Below are positions 61,080 to 64,000 of a stretch of DNA of 64,000 nucleotides, piece after piece. The notes beneath the pieces are model-generated. The model was not told the DNA's origin. It was given only the letters and a program-made list of their open reading frames with translations, and searched no databases. The translations under genes were made by a program, and so were the position numbers. Each line of letters opens with the position of its first letter. Positions within the stretch are counted from its first letter, which is position 1. The stretch comes from Lama glama (lineage: Eukaryota), in contig CM052818.1 in NCBI GenBank assembly GCA_028534125.1, positions 30,444,001 through 30,508,000 on the forward strand, read 5' to 3'.

Positions 61080-61560
61080 TGCATATTACTGTGCAACATA
61101 TTACTGTACAACTTAGAAATTTAAAATAACTATTTATCATTTCTCATGAATTTATGCATTAGTTGGGTCATTCTGCTAATCTGAGCTGGGCTTTCTCATG
61201 TGTCTCTGGTCAACTAGCTAGTTGGCTGGTGTCTAGTTGGTCTACAATGACTTTGGATGGGACAACTCAACTCACCTGCATGTGCCTGTCACATTCCTCC
61301 AGCAGGCTAGCCTGGTCATATTCTGGTGGTAAATAAATAAAAAGAGAGAGAGAGCACAGAAGCATACAAATATTTTTTCAAGCTTCTGCTTGCATCAACT
61401 CTGCTAACATTCTATTGGCTAGAGTAAGTCACATGGCCAACTCTAGATTCAAAGAGAAGAGACTCTACCTATTATGTGGAAGGAATTGCCAAGTCCCAGG
61501 GCAAGAGGAATGGTTGTAGAAGGAGGTGAAGAATTGGTGCCATGAATATAATCTACCATA
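61080..61560 (-). mobile_element. MLT1H-like MaLR LTR
   Basis: ctccagcaggctagcctgg, tgctaacattctattggctagagtaagtcacatggccaac, ggtgaagaattggtgccat...aatctaccata. Confidence 0.8.
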
Positions 61561-61681
61561 GTCTAAAAGTAAATACTGGGAGAACTAAGGGAATAATATG
61601 ATCTACTAAAATTTGGTGGTGGGGAAAAGGGAAGGGAAGATAGAAGGTAAGAGGAAGTAGAAGTAGGAGTGATATTTAAAA

Positions 61682-62279
61682 TGTTATGTAACAACCAGTA
61701 AGGCACTTGCGCCCCCGCAGTCAGAATGGACACTGGCTATTACAGGAGTAGGATCTTGGCAGTCATCTGCCACGTCAGACATTGGTCCTTTTGTTGCATG
61801 GGGGGCTTGGGGGTCCAGAAGAGTGGTAGGGAGGGCACACTGGAGCCTATTATGGAAGTATATTAGTATTTGAGCCACCACTACAGTTGTAGCAGTGAGA
61901 GACTGAATATTCAAACACAAAATGGCCAGAGTGTATATACAAATAGAATCTGACCCACAAGCTGCCATAACTGCTCCAGGAAACCAGCCCATTATCCACA
62001 GTAACCCCACTTCAGACATCCAGAAAGAGCCAACTGTGTACTCCTAACCAGTCATGTATGATGTCCCACTTCTAGCTAGTGCACCTAAACTTCTCCACCG
62101 ATAGCTTTCAACTAGGGCTTAAGGCTTCCCTTTTCTCCATGATAAAGCTTTCCCCACTTCTCTGACAGCCTTTGAGTCTCTGCAAAACACAAGGGATGGT
62201 GACTGGCTCCTTTGCTACAGCAAGCTCTGAATAAATAGCCTTGCCTGTTCTCATCTGGCTGAGCTTCATTTATTTCCAT
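61682..62279 (+). mobile_element. Probable ERV1-type solo LTR (family not identified)
   Basis: Starts tgtta and ends tttcca; contains a CCAAT-like ctaaccagtca, a TATA-like gataaagctttcc and a 3' AATAAA (ctctgaataaatagcc). Confidence 0.55.
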
Positions 62280-62639
62280 AGCGGACTGTATGTCTGAATA
62301 CCACACCTGAAGGGAAATGTACTAATATCATTGCTCATTATGGGGAGCTTATAGACTGCCTAAAGAAATGAAGGGTTAAGTGTAATGAGATAAAGGATTA
62401 TGTATAACTGCATGTTACAGAAAACAGAACTCGATTTATTAAAAAAAAAAAAAAGGAGGATAGGGTCTGTTCCTTTCCATGTGCTTTTTTTCAGATCAGT
62501 GAGATCAGTGAAGATAACCTTTCTCCTTCACATCTCCTTCTCATGTCTCAGTTATCCAGAGGAGTATGGACTGGGAAGATAAATGGTACCATCCTGCTTG
62601 GCTTAAATTAATTATGAATCACATTTCTGGGGCTGGAAG

Positions 62640-62990
62640 AAACAGTCCCATTTACAGTAATAGCAAATACAATAAAATGCCCAGAAATAAGCTTAACGAG
62701 AAAAGTACAAGCCCCATGAAAAGAAAATTTTAAATGCTATTGAGGGACACTAAAAAGGAGACTTGAATAAATGGAAATCTGGTGGAGTTTCTTGGATATT
62801 AAAACTCAACTTCATTAAGATATAATTTGGTTTTATTTTCTGTTTTTCACAAAGATATAATTTGTAAATTAATCTATGAACTTAATGCAACCCCAGTGAA
62901 AATGTCAAAATAATTTTAAAAAGCCATATAAGCTAATTCTAATATTTAGATGGAAAAGGAGACATGCAAAAGTAGCCAGAAAAAAAGTCT
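62640..62990 (+). mobile_element. Ancient L1 ORF2 fragment
   Basis: cccatttacagtaatagcaaa...ccagaaataagcttaac...gacttgaataaatggaaa...aagctaattctaatatttagatggaa. Confidence 0.7.
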
Positions 62991-64000
62991 AAATTTTTAA
63001 TATTATTTGTTAATTACGCTTCAATTTTAAAAATTCTGAAATTTGAAAACTGGCTTTTTCTGCAAAGGTTGAGGAGAAGTTTCTGGGAATCAACAGCATC
63101 TTCACTAGACAATTTGCATCACTATGGAAAAGTACCATTTGCATTTCTATTATTTACCTACAATTTACAGAGTTGTAAAATAGCTCAAAGACATGGAAAG
63201 TCTAAGTTAACCTGGTGACCTAGGCAAAACACACTCTAATCTTTTTCTCTTCATTTCCAAGTTTTTGCAAAAATTTCTGGTAATTTCCTCACCTTGTGAT
63301 CATAATAATGTTGAAAAAAGAGAGAGAAAAATTATCACAAAATAAATCTGACTCATTAGATTTAGCTTGGTTATCATAGGTGAAGCAAGAGTGTTAATTT
63401 GCTATACAGGCCTCCTCAGATTTGCTTTGCCAAATCAAGAGCCATACAGTATTGAAGAGTTACAAAATTAATTTTTATTTGTAAAATTTTGAAAGGAATC
63501 TTAGATTGGAGTTTCAAAAGCCTCTGTTATTTAGAATCTTGAAGCTAGGAAATCAGGGCCATTAAACGCCAACAGATTTCACCCACAGTATCTATAAATT
63601 TGAATTCCTCTCTTCTTGAGGTCCCTCAAATAGCCTAGGGCTCCTGGTCTTATTTATGTCTTGTGTAATTAATCACACAGAACTCTTTAAGACTCTTCAT
63701 TATCTAATTTATCAATATCCTTGGGAGTTAGGAAAACATTATACACTCACAAAGAGAGGTAGAAGACTATCAGAATTATAGACACATAGACATATGGATG
63801 GAAAGCTTAAAGCTTCAATTCTGTAGTTTTAGCCATCAGTCAAGAGTTGACACAGAGATACCAATGCACTCTGGTCTAGATATCAAAGAGCTGTTCTCTT
63901 TCCCAGTGAGCATGAAATTCTTGACTGGTTTGAGCTCAAAATAGGCAAATAGACAAACAAACAAATTCTCTATCTTCTCTAACTCAACAGCAACAACAAA

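Overview
Mammalian genomic DNA, AT-rich and dominated by interspersed repeats. It is most likely camelid, because two tRNA-derived Vic-1-type SINEs and a young lineage-specific L1 family are present. I found no intact host protein-coding gene. The first ~200 bp look like the polyadenylation region of an upstream + strand gene that I cannot name. A repeat-poor stretch at ~7.4-11.7 kb holds candidate short exons that could encode an alternative C-terminus. The rest is a stack of L1 (old and young), L2, MIR, MaLR/ERVL LTRs and hAT/Tigger DNA transposon fossils, with one 100-N gap. The most notable structures are: a TSD-bounded, 5'-complete young L1 lacking almost all of ORF2, with the junction at an AG (HAL1-like or spliced L1); two older L1s with 5'UTR fused to ORF2; a U6 snRNA-L1 tail chimeric retrocopy; a ~320-bp micro-inversion that splits an MLT2 LTR; and a ~160-bp locally templated duplication inserted into an L1. 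Repeat family names come from recalled consensus motifs, not from a database search, and the boundaries of old repeats are approximate. I see no proven novel system; the best candidates are listed with tests.
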